Positions 1-11,256 of a stretch of 64,000 bases of DNA are shown piece by piece (within the stretch, counting starts at the first letter, position 1; every line of letters starts with the position of its first letter). The stretch spans positions 164,424,001 to 164,488,000 of the forward strand of contig NC_042997.1 of assembly GCF_006345805.1 (NCBI RefSeq). Direction: 5' to 3'. Source of the stretch: Octopus sinensis (taxonomy: Eukaryota). Under the pieces are notes generated by a model. That model ran no database searches. It was given only the letters and a program-made list of their open reading frames with translations, and was not told the origin of the DNA. A program made the position numbers and the translations under genes.

Positions 1-1117
1 GGATTGCAAGAGGTGCTCTCTAACACTTTCATTCGTATTCAAGTAATTATTTAGATCTTTGTCTTAGTTGTCGTTTTCCTCAAATCTTTTGCTTTGATAT
101 TTACATTTTTTTAAATATTTTGCTGGAAGATTATTCCTACCCCTCTGTTTTGAAGATTTTAGTTTATTTCCTCCTCCTCTTTCTAAGTTATTTTGAAAGT
201 GTTAAATATGTTTAGCAGTGCAAAAGTAAGGATTTTCTCCATCCGGGAGTCTTTATCTCCCCTTTGTTTATTATTTATTTGTTATTCAAAAATTATTAAA
301 CTTGATAGCAGACCAAAGGCAGATATTGCTCTTTCTCATATTTATACTCTCCTGAAAGATGATGCAATATATTGTAAGAGTTGCATCATCACATAGAAAT
401 ACTGTATCACCCTATAACCTAGCAGATTGAAGGTGATGCAATACCACATAAATTTACAGGAATATTTTCATAATTTTTCCTGTTTTATCTAAAATTCAGC
501 AAATAAATTGAATACAATTTTATGTATTTTATATCTGATAAATATTTGATATTGCTTTTATTCTGTTTAGAATGACAAGAGTATTGTCTGAATTTAATTT
601 GAGGGTCTAATGGACCCATACAGTAATGTATAAAGTGAAATTTTCTAGCTTTTATAAGCATATGGAAAAGTTCCTGTTTGACAAATAAAAGAGAGTCTAG
701 AAAAAATAAGAGCCATGAGAAGTCAGCAGAATCAAATGATATAAACAATAGGAAAAAAGCAACTGAAATGGGTCTATTGGACCCATTGATTGACAGAAGG
801 TTAGGACAAAGAAATATAGATTCCAGAGATATGGTAGCAAAGACCTAATTTCCATAAAACAGAGTAACCCACTAATACTTAATGTTCTGGCTACAATTTT
901 TTCTAATTGCTCTGTAAATAATTTTTTCTGTTTTTTAGATGGCAGTTTCTAATAAAATCAAAAAAAGCATTTTCCACTTAGAAAAGATAATTTTTCTTTG
1001 ATTCATTAGTAAGATGTAAATGTGGCAACTGTAGAAGGATTTTACTCAGCTAGAATTCTTGTTTTGCATTCATTTTTTTCTCTCTTTTCACTTGCTTTTT
1101 CTTTTTCTTTTTTTCAG

Positions 1118-1376
1118 AAATGGACCCCCAAACAAATTTGCTCGGTTCGGTGGAGGTGGGAGAGGATTTCGGAACTTCAGCCGAGGGGGCAGCTTTGAGG
1201 GTGGGTCCCGAGGATATGGGGGTGGCTATGGCAGTAATTACCGTGGTGGGATGAGTACAGGGTTCACCAACAACTGGAGAGGTGGTGGCGGGTACCGCGG
1301 TGGATACAATCGTGGTGGTGGGTATAACAGAGGTGGAGGTTATCAGCGATCTGGGGGTGGTGGGGGTTACTACTGA
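1118..1376 (+). CDS. Terminal coding exon of an RNA-binding protein with an RGG/GY-rich C-terminal tail; resembles the DHX9 (RNA helicase A/maleless) C-terminus
   Basis: Long polypyrimidine tract ending TTTTCAG at 1117. Phase-2 start, then NGPPNKFARFGGGGRGFRNFSRGG...YRGGYNRGGGYNRGGGYQRSGGGGGYY and TGA at 1374-1376. GPPNKFARF recalls the DHX9 GPRPPKMARY motif that precedes its RGG tail (from memory, not searched). No upstream exons recognised in 1-1117. Confidence 0.7.
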
Positions 1377-1380
1377 ATTC

Positions 1381-1386
1381 AATAAA
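1381..1386 (+). terminator. Candidate proximal polyadenylation signal (AATAAA) just after the stop codon of the RGG gene
   Basis: AATAAA 5 nt downstream of TGA. The hexamer is common in AT-rich DNA, so use is unproven. Confidence 0.25.
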
Positions 1387-4300
1387 ATACCTAGAACACT
1401 ATAATAGATGAACGTTGTTTTCATCTTGGATGTTTGAGCTTTCTTTACCAGTTCCAGCTCATTATAACTGGAATTTCTGCTACAACTATTGTTAGTTGCA
1501 GTCACTCGACCAAAGGCCCAAATATTAGATTCATTTTCATCTCCCCTCCCCTTATAAATATATGTAGACTTATTTTGTTGTTTAGTTTTATATCTTGTGA
1601 AATTGGTTTAGTTCCTTTAGTTTGAAACAATGTGTTCTTGTTCTTATAAGTTTTATGTAAATCATTTTGCAGGTTTCCTAAAAACAGGCTTGTTCCCTTT
1701 ATTGAGGGCAAAAGGCAGTGTTTTGTCAAGGTCTTTTAATTACAGGTGTAGTTAAAATCTATTGTTATTTGTTTCTTCTGGCATAAAATTCCCTTATTAC
1801 TGAAGCTGCATGTTTCCGGTTTGTGAATTAGTAATTAAGTGAATAAGACTGTGCAAACAATCCATTCTGTATCACACAGTGTGTGATGGTTTATTCTCAG
1901 TAGGCTGTAACTCTTTTATTTTTGCTTATGAAAATGCCATATGTATTTTTACATAGGTGAAATTAGCTCCTTTATACAGTTGTTAATTAACCTTTTGTTA
2001 GTTTACTTTGAGTTTTCATCATATCTTTATCACTGACCATTTACAGTCGAGGCTCATAATTCTTTCATAACCCTCTTAGCTGCTACTTAAAAATCTGCCA
2101 GCCATATCTTCTTGTTAGTATTTCTGAAAATACTCCCACAGAGAAAAGAAATTTCCACTCTTACCACCGCGACCACCACCGCCACCACCTCATAGTTGAT
2201 TATCAGTCCGAGTGTTAAGAATTTATGAATGGCCACCCCCACCCCCCAGTCAGCTAAAAGTGATCAGTTAGTATTGACTCATTATTTTCTAAGCAGGATT
2301 ATCTCTTCTATAAAAACCAGGAAATTGTATTGGGAACAATATTATTTCTAATATTTCTCTTGTCCAAAATGAATGTAATTGCAGAAGTCTTATTGATTAA
2401 CATTAATATTGGTATTACAGCTTTTAAACTGTAAATTGGGAAACTGTTTTCATTTGGCAGGATGAATGAGATTTTTTTCCTGTAGTTTTTATTTATGGTG
2501 AAAGATTTTCTTTGATCAAAATTAACAACAAATGGTTTGATCTCTTGGCCAACATAAAATTCCTGTGGGGGTTGTAATAGGTATTTCCAATGTATACATA
2601 GTCAGGAATCATAAGTTTTTAATGTCTACATTTGTATAAAATACATTTTACATTTTCGGGCTCATTATACTCTCAGCAGAAAGTTCCTGATATCGCCACC
2701 TCCTAAAACTTTTTTTCCCCAAAAATTCCTTGTCACTCCAAACCCTAGTTTCATAAGCACATTGGAAAAGGAGCAAGTTTCATAACTCCTATTTTCCTTG
2801 CACAAAATGCATTATACAATTTTTTAATTTTAATTTTTTTTTCCCTTTTAGAAACCTCAGCACTCCATATTTTTTACTCTACTAGTTTCAAAATACATTT
2901 TTTGTCACATTACAGCCATTTAGTTTTTTTTTATAAATGGCACCACCTCCTTATCAAAACAAAAATTAGAAATAACAAATTAGTCAAACCCTTTCACCAG
3001 TGATGAAGATAAAATCATGGCAACTAAACAGAATTGAATGTGACAAGTTTCTATTTTTTTCCCCTCATTTGTTGCCTGTTATGATGGAAGGATTTTTAAA
3101 GACAATATTTTTATTGTCTTATCAAAAGTATAAAGAAGTAACTAACAAAGGCTAGCTTTAACTTTGGTACATTTTGTTTTTCCACTATCTTTTCTAGCCT
3201 TTACTCTCTCTACATTTACTTGCACCTTAAATTTATTTATTTCTAGAGCTTTCTACTCACATGTCCCCACCAGTTAAAAGAAAAAAAAAAAAAAAAAAAA
3301 ATTCCTAATCTTTAATTTTTTTTTTTGCGAGATCTGAAAGCTTCCAAGTAGTAACATTTGACTAACAAATTTGTTGCTCCACTTGTAAACAATATCTTCC
3401 TTGACCAACCTGCACTTTAACCTCTATTTTGGTCTCATTGGTTTAGTATCCTAATTTCAGCATTCAAGCACTTGCATCATTACATCATTATACCTATTGT
3501 AAAAAGGAAAAAAAAAAATTCAAAAAATAAAAACCCAATTCTAGCAGTGTTGCCTTATCTCAGAATTGAGGAATCATTTTTGTACATATAAACATCAAGT
3601 TGTTAGTTTACTGCAGGCTTCTCCTCCAAACTACTCTAACAACATCTGGGGATGTATAAACTTTCTTGGCTTCTAGAAGTTTTTCATTCACTTTTCTTCC
3701 TTCACTTTTCCAGAATCAAGCCCTTTTCAATTTCTAAAGATCAAAAATAAAGATTTCCATAGTTGTTCTGTGTTGTGTTATTTTTTTTTTTTTACCTCGG
3801 AAGCGTGAATGCTTACATTTGTATAGAGTAGTGTTGGCAAGTATGTCAGTACATGGAACATATAACTGTTAATGTTTTGACAGAAAGCCTTCAGAATTAG
3901 TTAGCATTTTGTTTTCAGGAAATAGAAAGTTATTTGGCATAAGTGTAAAATGACATTTTCAGTAGCCTTGATTTACATCTCTTAACCGATGCAAACCAAT
4001 AATGTACCAGACAGCTCAGTAAGTGGGGCATGAATTCTCAAAAGAAAGTTTTAAAGTATAACAACTTACAGAAATACACTGATTATATAATCTTTTATTA
4101 CAAATACATTTTGTTGCTGATATAGGGCAAGTGTTAACAATACTGGACAATTAGGATCAAGGATTATTTCTTTTGATTGGTGCAAAATAATACCTGTTCA
4201 GAATGGCAAGAGAATTTTAATTCAGGAGGCCAGATGTAACTTTGTCCACTCCCTTCCAGCTCGGATATTTAAAGTTATAAAATAGTCCTGAACTGAACCC

Positions 4301-5739
4301 AAAAGAAAATTTAACTTTTATTAAATCACTTTTGCACATATACCAAATCTGGCCTAACTTTACTGCAGCAAGCTGATGTGACAAGGGAGGTAAAAATTAT
4401 TTACTTCAATTTCTGTGAAAATTAATTCAGAAAGTCAATTGTGATAAAATGAAGCAGAAAGTGGGGAGAGCACCATGGAGACATTTGAAGGGTAATAGTT
4501 TTCAAAGTGGCACATAGAACAAATTTAACAGTAGTAGAAAGACATCTTTATTTAGCTTTGTTTATAATATTCTATTCTTGGTATCCACACTGGAGTTTGT
4601 TTTGTTATTTTTGAAGCCAGAATTTATTTTCTCAAATTCACTGATCTTATATAGAACTTTGACCATGACTAAACTTCAGAATTATAAGTTTAGAAGCACA
4701 GTAAACAAAACATTTAACTTAGTAAAACACTTAAAATCAATAAGCCAGTTTCAATATAGAATATCTCATGGAGATGCTAAACTTGATGTCCAAAAGCAAA
4801 GTTTAGGCAATAAATGAGATCAAAGTATCAGCAACATTGCTGTCGTATCAGATGAGAGATAGTGTAAAAGGGTAGAGGATTGGCAGATTTATTTCAGAGA
4901 TGCTATCAAATCTCTGGCATAACAGATTTCAGGTATTTTCTTACTTTGTCAGTTGTTTATGTTCAGTGCAAGTGACTGGCAGCATTGCAACCAGATAAAC
5001 ACAGTTACAATTATGTGGTAAAGACAATCACTTGGATAAAAAGGCAAGAAATAAATTACAGTGAAAGTAAAATGCAAGAGAGTTTAATTAGCTACGCCAA
5101 CATAATGAAATTACTTCTTTAACTCTTTCCATGCATTAAGAATGAGCAAAGAAGCATTCTCAACAATTGTCTGTTGAGGAAAGAAGCAACCAAATGAGAT
5201 TTGATGAAGTGAAATCACTTAAGAATAATGGAATTACTTTCACATATACCAAGATATAAACAAATGAAAATGTGTAGAAATAGCTATCTGAAAGTAAGCA
5301 GTTGGAGATGGATTGAATTAAACAAAGAGAATGTTGCTGTGATTTCATTTAGTGCCTTTCTTAATGTTGAGCAGACAATGTTTCAGGTAAGGTTGGCTAG
5401 ATATAAAAGTAATATGTCTGGAGCAGCAGTAAAATCAGCAATATGGATAGGGAAACAAAAAGAATTTCATAGGAAGCTTCAAATATGCACCAGGATTATA
5501 GGAGACGATACAGCCTGGTGGATGAAAGGAGGGAGGGGGGAATTTACATGGAAATTATCCCAGTCCCAAACACAGTTGACCAAATTAGAGTAGCAGAACA
5601 ATATAATTTGGTTATCTGCTGCCTTCATTTCATGGAGCCAACTGTGCTGGAGAGTGAGGAATAACGGTCACAGAAGTAGTATGTGTGGCTGGTGTTGGGC
5701 AAGTTTCACATTTCTCAACTTTACGTCTTTATAAAATGT

Positions 5740-5993
5740 CTATGTTTGAGGACTGGGAGTTTCTAACATTTCCATCAAGAATGTATCGATTGGAGTGTCC
5801 CCTATAAGTTTGAAGAAAAATAAGTGCTCCAGACACTTTAGTCCAATGCTTCTCAGTGCAGGCAAACGCAATAACAGTTTGGCAAAGCGGCCAGTTTCTT
5901 CTGGGTATTGGCATTTGCAATATTCTTCTAAACTAGCATAAACCTTTTCCCTCAGAGATTCAACTTCTTGTGTTGAAACTAGGCCTTTAGCAT
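5740..5993 (-). CDS. RXR: RXR last coding exon (LBD helices 9-12, AF-2)
   Basis: Acceptor TTTTCAG at 5994, phase 1. Encodes (D)[83 protein letters not shown], with TAG at 5742-5740. Diagnostic RXR motifs [20 protein letters not shown] and FLMEMLE. Confidence 0.97.
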
Positions 5994-7059
5994 CTGAAAA
6001 GATAAAACATTGTTGTTAATAACAAGAATAAAATTATTTCGGCATTAAATTTGTATTTTTCAACAATATCCATACTAAATGTATATGGAAATGTAGCACT
6101 GACATAAAACAATACTCCCGATTACAAAATGACAAAATTAAAGGAAACACAAAAATAACTTAAACGTCTTTTATGCAAGTTTTTAGCAGTTGGTCTAATA
6201 AATGTGTTCTCATTGTCTATTGGAAACAGTGGAATGCATGTGAATTAAGTACCAAATGGATTATAAAAGTTGGGTGCTAGGAAGTACAGTAATAGACAGA
6301 ATAAAGAAATATGTAAGATGTAGCATTGAGTATAAAATAATCGAAATATTCCATTACAGACCACCTTATGTCCCTTCCAATGTAGGTGAAAAAATGGAAG
6401 CGGGGGTATTTTGGCTAGATTACCTGTTTTATAGGTAAGCTCTTTAATAAATCACTATGTTTACAGCTCCTCAATCTCTGTAGTCTAATAAAAAGCCCGT
6501 TCTCATTTTTGTTCGTGCAAGTGCCGAATAAATCAATTACGACTATTGTGTAAGGGAGGTAACTCTAAAGTCGTGACGAGAATCCAATCGCTAAATGAAG
6601 GGACTCGTTGAGATAGAAAACTATTACATTATCGAGGCGATGTTTGAAAAACAATGGTTAAGATAGTGTTAACATTTAATGTAGACACTATCGAATGCTA
6701 AGTGAAATAACTGGGGGGTGGGGGTGATCAATAGATATTGACCAGAGATATTTTGATAATTTTGGTATATGAGGGGAGGTAATTCCAGATGTTTACGTGC
6801 TATGATTTTATAAGTGAAGCAGTTTTCATAATTGCATTAACAGCAATAGGAGAATTGTTTAATGTACAAATGGTTGGCGTAGAAATGAAGGTTACACTAG
6901 CAATTACCGATTTGAATCCCATTCCAAAGAAAAGCGATTTCTATGAACCAGCTCACAAGGACCTGTTATTCTTACACCCAGTACAACAATCTCTGGAATG
7001 ACTGGTAAGTAACGGCATCAGTTCTAAACCCAATCCATTACATTTCTTCCTCCAAGCCA

Positions 7060-7290
7060 CAAGCATTTAGCAATGTCTTCAAAACCTGCTCTATCTTTCA
7101 GGAAAGTATTTCCATAAACAGTTTCTCCAAGTGAACTTCCATGCTCTTGATATCAATACCAACACTCATCTGGCTAACTTTCTCAGCCATGTAAACATTC
7201 ATCTAACTAAGTCAAGATATTCTTTGGCAGCAGAATCTGATGATGGGAATACCTTTTTGGTTTTCTTCAATATGAAGAAATCTTTCTATA
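7060..7290 (+). mobile_element. Degenerate Penelope-like retroelement RT fragment
   Basis: Frameshifted remnants resemble the Penelope RT C-terminal motifs LPFLDI (GAACTTCCATGCTCTTGATATC) and PYSLARRIC (TATTCTTTGGCAGCAGAATCTGA). Boundaries approximate. Confidence 0.4.
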
Positions 7291-7298
7291 ACTTAAAT

Positions 7299-7455
7299 AG
7301 GCGCAGGAGTGGCTGTGTGGTAAGTAGCTTGCTTACCAACCACATGGTTCCGGGTTCAGTCCCACTGCGTGGCATCTTGGGCAAGTGTCTTCTGCTATAG
7401 CCCTGGGCCGACCAATGCCTTGTAGACGGAAACTGAAAGAAGCCTGTCGTATATA

Positions 7456-7515
<60 letters not shown>

Positions 7516-7740
7516 CTGTGTGTGTGTGTGTTTGTGTGTCTGTGTTTGTCCCCCTAGCATTGCTTGACAACCGATGCTGGTGTATTTACGTCCCCGTCAC
7601 TTAGCGGTTCGGTAAAAGAAACCGATAGAATAAGTACTGGGCTTACAAAGAATAAGTCCCGGGATCAATTTGCTCGACTAAAGGCGGTGCTCCAGCATGG
7701 CCGCAGTCAAATGACTGAAACAAGTAAAAGAGTAGAGTAT
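7299..7740 (+). mobile_element. Near-intact tRNA-derived octopus-type SINE with an internal (TA)n/(GT)n microsatellite
   Basis: Pol III A-box-like TGGCTGTGTGG and B-box-like GGTTCAGTCC in the head. 3' domain ends ...CAGCATGGCCGCAGTCAAATGACTGAAACAAGTAAAAGAGT. Related degenerate copies at about 33775-34115, 58110-58350 and 63590-63730. Confidence 0.85.
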
Positions 7741-7748
7741 CAACTTAC

Positions 7749-7973
7749 CAGGGTTGAAGAGCACTATTGCTCGTAAACATCCTAATTCTGATTTATCCAT
7801 CTTCATTTCCCTCATTTTGGCTACCAGTTCAGAAAGAACTCTGTCAAAAATAGTACCTACACCAGCATGGTGTGCACTACTTCGATGAACATGAATGCCA
7901 GTGGCTAACAAGATACCATCTTTGACAGGTATAGAACGGTGAGAGAAACCAGCAATTAGCAACTCATTCCAGC
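7749..7973 (-). CDS. RXR: RXR LBD exon (helices 5-8)
   Basis: Acceptor ATTCTAG at 7974, donor G|GTAAGT at 7748; 225 nt, phase 1 to phase 1. Encodes (G)[74 protein letters not shown](D). Confidence 0.98.
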
Positions 7974-8911
7974 CTAGAATAAAGGTAAAAGTTTAAAAAA
8001 TATTAGTATTGATTTCTTTTTTTTTTTTTTCCTTTCGTATTCCAAGACAGAAAAAAAAAATGTATTCAATAATTAGATTAATCTACCAAAATTTTCAAAC
8101 CATAAATATATAAAGTTTAAAATTTAAGAAATCTAAAATTAACAATATTTGAAAGAAACGAATTAAACAACATCCAGAGAATGTTTGTTATTAACGATTT
8201 GCATTCAACACAACTAGCACATGACTCAACAGAACTAAGCTAAAAATAAACAATTTTGTAACACGAGAGGAAATGGTTCAACCAATTTAAAAACCTCAAG
8301 TTAAAATTTATTAAGTAGAAGAACATAAACATAGCTCTAGTAAGTCAGGAGTTCACCTCAAACCCATATGGTCCCATGTTTGATCCCAATATGTGTGGTA
8401 CCCAGGCCAAATGTTTTCTTCATTGCTTTACACTGACCAATATTCAAGTAGAGTTCAGTACGCAGACTCCCATCATATATGTATGAATATATATTTGTCA
8501 CCAATGTACATTGGAATAAATAAATAAATACCACAGAGTAGCTTTGTGCGAACACTGGTTTATTGCTTTTCTTGCCATTGTTGCATAAACATTCCCTTGT
8601 CACAGTCACCATCAAAAATGTAGTGTGGGTTTTGCTACCATCTTCAGTCACTCAGAATATTGCCAGAGTGAGTTGCTGGGTCACAGGTTGAAAGTAGTAC
8701 TTTCTTCTGGGCAAAATACACAAAACTGCTAGTATTAATCCTCACCATTTTTTTTTTTTAAATGACCGAATTGTTAATACTTGGAAAGAAATCTAGCTGT
8801 AAAACCACTGTTCCAGCTATAAGCACACATCTTGAAATTCATCCCACTCAAATCAACAACAAAAATTAGATGCAAAATAATTATCAGAGACAAAAAGAAT
8901 AACTGAAATTT

Positions 8912-8938
8912 AAAAAAAAAAAAAAAAAAAAAAACAAA

Positions 8939-8973
<35 letters not shown>

Positions 8974-8975
8974 AT
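8912..8975. repeat. A23 run plus (AAAT)n microsatellite adjoining the RXR exon donor
   Basis: Directly visible. Confidence 0.95.
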
Positions 8976-8981
8976 ACAAAC

Positions 8982-9108
8982 CTGCCCTCAACAATGTCAC
9001 TTGATCATCAAGAGACAATTTAGTAAAGTGGGGAATTCGTTTGGCCCATTCGACCAGAGTAAAAAGCTGTTTCTCAGCAGCCTGAAAGATATTGGTCACC
9101 GGATCCTT
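8982..9108 (-). CDS. RXR: RXR LBD exon (helices 3-4)
   Basis: Acceptor CTCTTGTAG at 9109, donor CAG|GTTTGT at 8981; 127 nt, phase 0 to phase 1. Encodes [42 protein letters not shown](G). Confidence 0.97.
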
Positions 9109-11087
9109 CTACAAGAGATGCAAATATATGTTAATAAAGAACACAGTCAAATGCTACAATATGTAAGATAGCTTTCCTAACAATTCTACAGGTAGAAGGA
9201 AAGATAACTTCTTAAAAGAATAATGCTACATGAAATGTTCTCGGAGCTTAATCTAAGGGAGGAAGGACTAAACTTCAAGAAAATTTGTTTCATTGAAGCA
9301 ACTTCAAATATTTGATGAAAATAAGATTTGCATTGTAAAGTGAATAAATTAAGATGGCAAATAATATTATAATACTGTGTGGAAGTACAATTAATTCAAT
9401 CCAATACAACACATCATTATCAACAATTTTTCATTTCTGCAAGTCAAAATATTTTAACGGTCAACAACATATATCTTGTAATTACCATTATTGTTCATTA
9501 TAAAAATTGCTGCTTCTGAAACTTAGATTACTACATGTGTAGGTAATATTTATTTGGCATGTGGCAAAAAAATGACAACTATTAATACTGTCATATCTAA
9601 CACATAATGGAAATGCCCTTCTTTTAGTCAAATGGGATAATAAAGGGGAAAGACATAATTAACATTGAAAATTTCCTTTCATTAAAAATAAAAACATTGA
9701 TCAAATACAATAAGTCACTTATTTCATACTATGATTATGTCTTCAGAACATTTAATTTGGCATTGCTTAATCTAACTTTAATCCGGCACTAGTTTTCTTT
9801 CTTTTAGAAAGTTTGTGAGCTTGTCTGGTTTGATAATAGATAATTTGAGACCCAGAAAAAATATCAAAAGTAATGTCTGTTGATTTTTGATGATGCTTAC
9901 ATCGTACATTAAATAACAACAAAAGGTTAATTACAATTTCTTTACCAAACCAGCTCATCATTTAACACCAACACATCATAAAACGTAACACACTGAAGCA
10001 TCTCAAAAGTTTCCCTTTGGTTAAATAAATTTTCTCATGTGCTAACACTTAACAACTCGCTTGTTACAGGGCAATTAGTCTTATGTTTAATAAGCAGAAA
10101 ATGAATACATGAAATCAAAGTCTTAAGAAAGAGAAAATAGAGAGATGCATGCTTTTTTTTTTCATTTCTTTCAAGGGTAGTAGATATTGGTACAGTCAAA
10201 GATAGTAAAATACAATAAGGATTTCTAACAGACTCAAGGCCTACAAATTTATAGTTGATTAAATTAACTATAATTAGTTCTTATTTTATCAGCTCCCCAC
10301 CCTAATGAAAACAAGGATGAAAGTAAAAGATAACCCTTTGAATTAATAGCATTAATGGAAACCAGCAATAAATGGTATAAACTTACTTTTCACATGTATG
10401 TGTGTGTGTGTGTACGCGTGTATGTATTTCCAACAACTAATGAAACAAACAACTCTACTAGTTTATAACTGTAAAAAGAAGACTGACAAAGAATCCACAG
10501 ATTAAATTTTGCCCAATTTTACATTTCATAAGAACATTCAAGAGAAGCTATATAAATTATTTTGAAGTGAAGTCAGTATTATAAACAAATTTATTCCAAT
10601 CAACTTATCAACCTTCAGAGGCAAAATGTCGCTAACAGAACTTCCTTTATAACCTTATTTAACCACAGCCAAATTCGATAACTTGTGAAAGATGCACAGC
10701 TGTATGAGCCAGATGGTGCTTCTCAAATATTAAGAAATTGAAGATGAAGAGACGACAACTACATTTTGTCACGGGAAAAAAACAGTCTAGAACTACAATA
10801 TATTATAACAGCACAAAAGATTTAATTAAAATGAATTTTTAGATTAGAAAACAATTATCCGTTTAATGTCAGAAGAGAATCTTTTCAATGGTGATAAAAA
10901 AATGTAAATTTACAATTTTCTAGCACAGAAATATACGTGAAAATAACTTCAGTTAACTGGTTGTATACTCAGTGGAAAATATTCCATTCTATATCTAGGA
11001 AGATATATATATATATTTATATAATTTTCTGAAAAGAAAAAGTAAAGTTTTCTTTTCTTTTTTTTTAATATTTTTTTTTACACTTAC

Positions 11088-11135
11088 GTCATCAGTGTTG
11101 CCGGCCTTTTCTAGAGTGGAACACCCATCTGAGAC
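11088..11135 (-). CDS. RXR: Candidate alternative (cassette) RXR exon, 48 nt, encoding VSDGCSTLEKAGNTDD in the helix1-helix3 loop
   Basis: Acceptor CTTATTCCTTCAG at 11136, donor GAC|GTAAGT at 11087. Length is divisible by 3, phase 0 on both sides matches the flanking exons, no stop, 25/48 GC in very AT-rich flanks. No transcript evidence available. Confidence 0.65.
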
Positions 11136-11209
11136 CTGAAGGAATAAGTGGTGGTCTCAAAACATTACTCAGAGTATAACAACATACTACTAATAACTAA
11201 GATAAAATG

Positions 11210-11256
<47 letters not shown>

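Noticed and set aside
1050-1505. 151-aa Thr/Pro-rich minus-strand ORF
   Set aside because: Antisense shadow of the GGN-rich RGG exon; no independent support.
7299-7375. tRNA-like A/B boxes
   Set aside because: Head of a SINE; does not complete a cloverleaf tRNA gene.
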